In this document: one piece after another, positions 61,778 through 64,000 of the stretch
Layout of the letters: each line of letters opens with the position of its first letter
How positions within the stretch are numbered: the stretch's first letter is position 1
NCBI RefSeq assembly: GCF_006345805.1
Contig: NC_042998.1
Coordinates: 102,486,001 to 102,550,000, forward strand
From: Octopus sinensis
Lineage: Eukaryota
DNA length: 64,000 bases
Direction: 5' to 3'
Notes under the pieces: generated by a model
Databases searched by the model: none
Told to the model about the DNA's origin: nothing
What the model saw: only the letters and a program-made list of their open reading frames with translations
Program-made: the position numbers and the translations under genes

Positions 61778-64000
61778 ATGCTGCTGTATACAACATACAA
61801 TACTATAAAATACAACCCAGATAACCAAACCAAAACGCTACTACCAAACATCCACCCCAGGAACCAACCATACAACCATAACAAACAACAAATGCACTAC
61901 GGAGGAAACAACTACCAACACAATATACCTGAGGAACTAAGACGGAACACTAGGTTCAACAACAGACTCCAGAACGGAGCACCACAAACTCACTCTGACA
62001 ATTATAACAACATGAGACAGATAAATAATAGCTTTGAACATAACTACACCAACCATTTTTTAGACCTTACACACAGGAACAGGGACACACGATGGCAAAG
62101 GACAAACAAAAGAAACCTCAGGTAATTAAGATAATCAATCTCTCAAACAAAGAACTTACACCTCACGAAATAAGCATACTCTCCAAAGGACTTAAATTGA
62201 CACCCACCCCACAACGTTCTAATTACTATGAAATGAAAGATGATATTTCGGAATTTTGCAGAAAACTAAGACTCACCGAGGCATTTCAAGACAAACAAAT
62301 AGAGGAGGACTCAATAGCTAGAAACAAGAGCAATTACACCCCCACCAAGGGTAAGAATAAAGCCTTAGACCGCTATTGTGACTACATAACTAATTTCCCG
62401 TTTCAATTCATCAAGAAACAAAAACACAGCCCTAATTTCAACAAAAGAGAATGGAACGACCTCATCAAACTAAGAGAAGACAAAACAATAACAATTAAGG
62501 AGGCAGATAAGGGCAACGCGATAGTAATAATGAATACAAACGATTATAAAAATTTAGTGCTATCCCTATTAAGAGATGAAACGTATTATGAAAGGGCCCA
62601 ACAGTATAACCAGCAAAAAATAATACATAACCTTAGGACATTAATCAACACATACCAAGAAGGACTCACGAACAAGGAGTATGAATACATCACTAACTTC
62701 AAATGCAAATCGAGTTTGTTCTATGGTATCCCTAAGGTACACAAAAGCCAAACCATTAGAGAAACGTGCAAAACATCCACCGACACACTCATCAAAATCC
62801 CTTCACCAAATGATCTAAAACTAAGACCGATAATAGCAGGGCCAGCATGTGAAACTCACCGCCTCAGCGATTTCTTAGACACACTTCTTAAACCTTTCCT
62901 AAAACACATCAAAAGCTACGTAAGAGACGATATAGATATGCTCAACCACCTCCCTAAAACAGTCAATGAGAAAACCCTTCTAGTATCATTCGACGTAGTT
63001 AATCTTTATTCTAACATCCCTCACAACCTAGGAATAGAAGCGATCACCTTCTGGCTGAATAACTACCCTTTGAACTCCCAACTCGCATAAACAAAGACCT
63101 TATAATAGAAGGACTTAGATTCATTTTAGAGAACAATTATTTTATTTTTGACAATGATTTCTACAGGCAAAGATCGGGAACAGCGATGGGCACGCGTACT
63201 GCACCATCTTTTGCCAACCTAGTGATGGGATACCTCGAGAAAATACTATACCGGATGACACTCGAGAAATATGGAAACACCTTCGCCACCTATATCCATA
63301 ACAACTGAAAAGATACCTCGATGACTGTTTCATCATCTGGGACAAAGGTATAGAGAAACTTGAGGAATTTAAAATACTATTAAATGGAATAAATGACAAT
63401 ATACAATTCACGATGGACCACAACGAAAAAGAATTACCATTTTTAGACATCCTCATTAAGAAAACCGGCAACAAAATAGAGACAGATATCTACTATAAAC
63501 CGACAGACTCTAAACAGTACCTACCCTTTGATTCATGCCACCCACGACACACTAGAATGAATGTCCCTTTTTGTTTAGCTAGAAGGATTTGCACCATAAT
63601 ATCAGACACAACACCCGACACACACGTCTCCAGGAACTTAGAACCACACTCACAAATAGAAACTATCCACAGCCCCTAATAGACAGTGCAATCCAACGGG
63701 TACTTAAATTAAGTATAGAAGACCTGAGACACAAAACCAAAAAAAAGAAAGAACAATTAAAAACCCTTCCCTACATCTCTACACACAACCCACTCAACAA
63801 TGAGGCCTTCAACACCATACTACAAAGCACAGCCCTACTAAAGGGAGACCCAAAGATGAACCGGATCCTCGAAACACACACCATCATTAAAAGTAAACGG
63901 CAACCAAAATCCTTGAAAAGGATTTTAACCCAAGCTACACTGCACTCAACATCAACCACAAAACCAGCAGTTAGAAAATGTGGAAGGCCCAACTGCGGAA
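61778..64000 (+). mobile_element. Penelope-like element (Neptune-like), best-preserved RT in the window, runs off the window end
   Basis: 332-aa ORF 62092-63090: IINLSNKELT..LSKGLKLTPTP, ADKGNAIV, PKVHK, LRPIIAG, SFDVVNLYSNIP. After a frameshift at ~63070: SGTAMGTRTAPSFANL, TGA at 63306 for W, YLDD at 63315-63326, LPFLDI..YYKPTDSKQYL..SCHP. Confidence 0.93.

Overview
AT-rich eukaryotic DNA full of microsatellites, with one 100-N gap (40267-40366). The SINE families and repeat landscape suggest an octopus/coleoid genome; this is inference from pattern recognition, not a database search. I recognise no cellular protein-coding gene. Nearly all listed ORFs are microsatellite translations, antisense shadows or transposon fragments. 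The window is a transposon graveyard. It holds at least 8 Penelope-like element (PLE) copies or fragments (RT plus C-terminal GIY-YIG, Neptune- and Nematis-like), 4 mariner and 3 DD37D/maT-like relics, a hAT MITE, R4/Dong-, RTE-, CR1-group and L1/Tx1-like LINE relics, and 3 tRNA-derived SINE families. The strongest signal is RNA-level: four type I hammerhead ribozymes (HHRs) with intact cores and stems that can be paired by eye (30153-30200 -, 36918-36962 -, 40129-40221 +, 43249-43299 -), plus several degenerate copies. One HHR sits in a non-coding ~1.6-mer of a 476-nt unit (29890-30657) inserted in (TA)n, which looks like a retrozyme or circRNA-derived insertion. Three PLE insertions also carry an inverted copy of their terminal repeat. 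Element boundaries are approximate unless a TSD or TIR is quoted.
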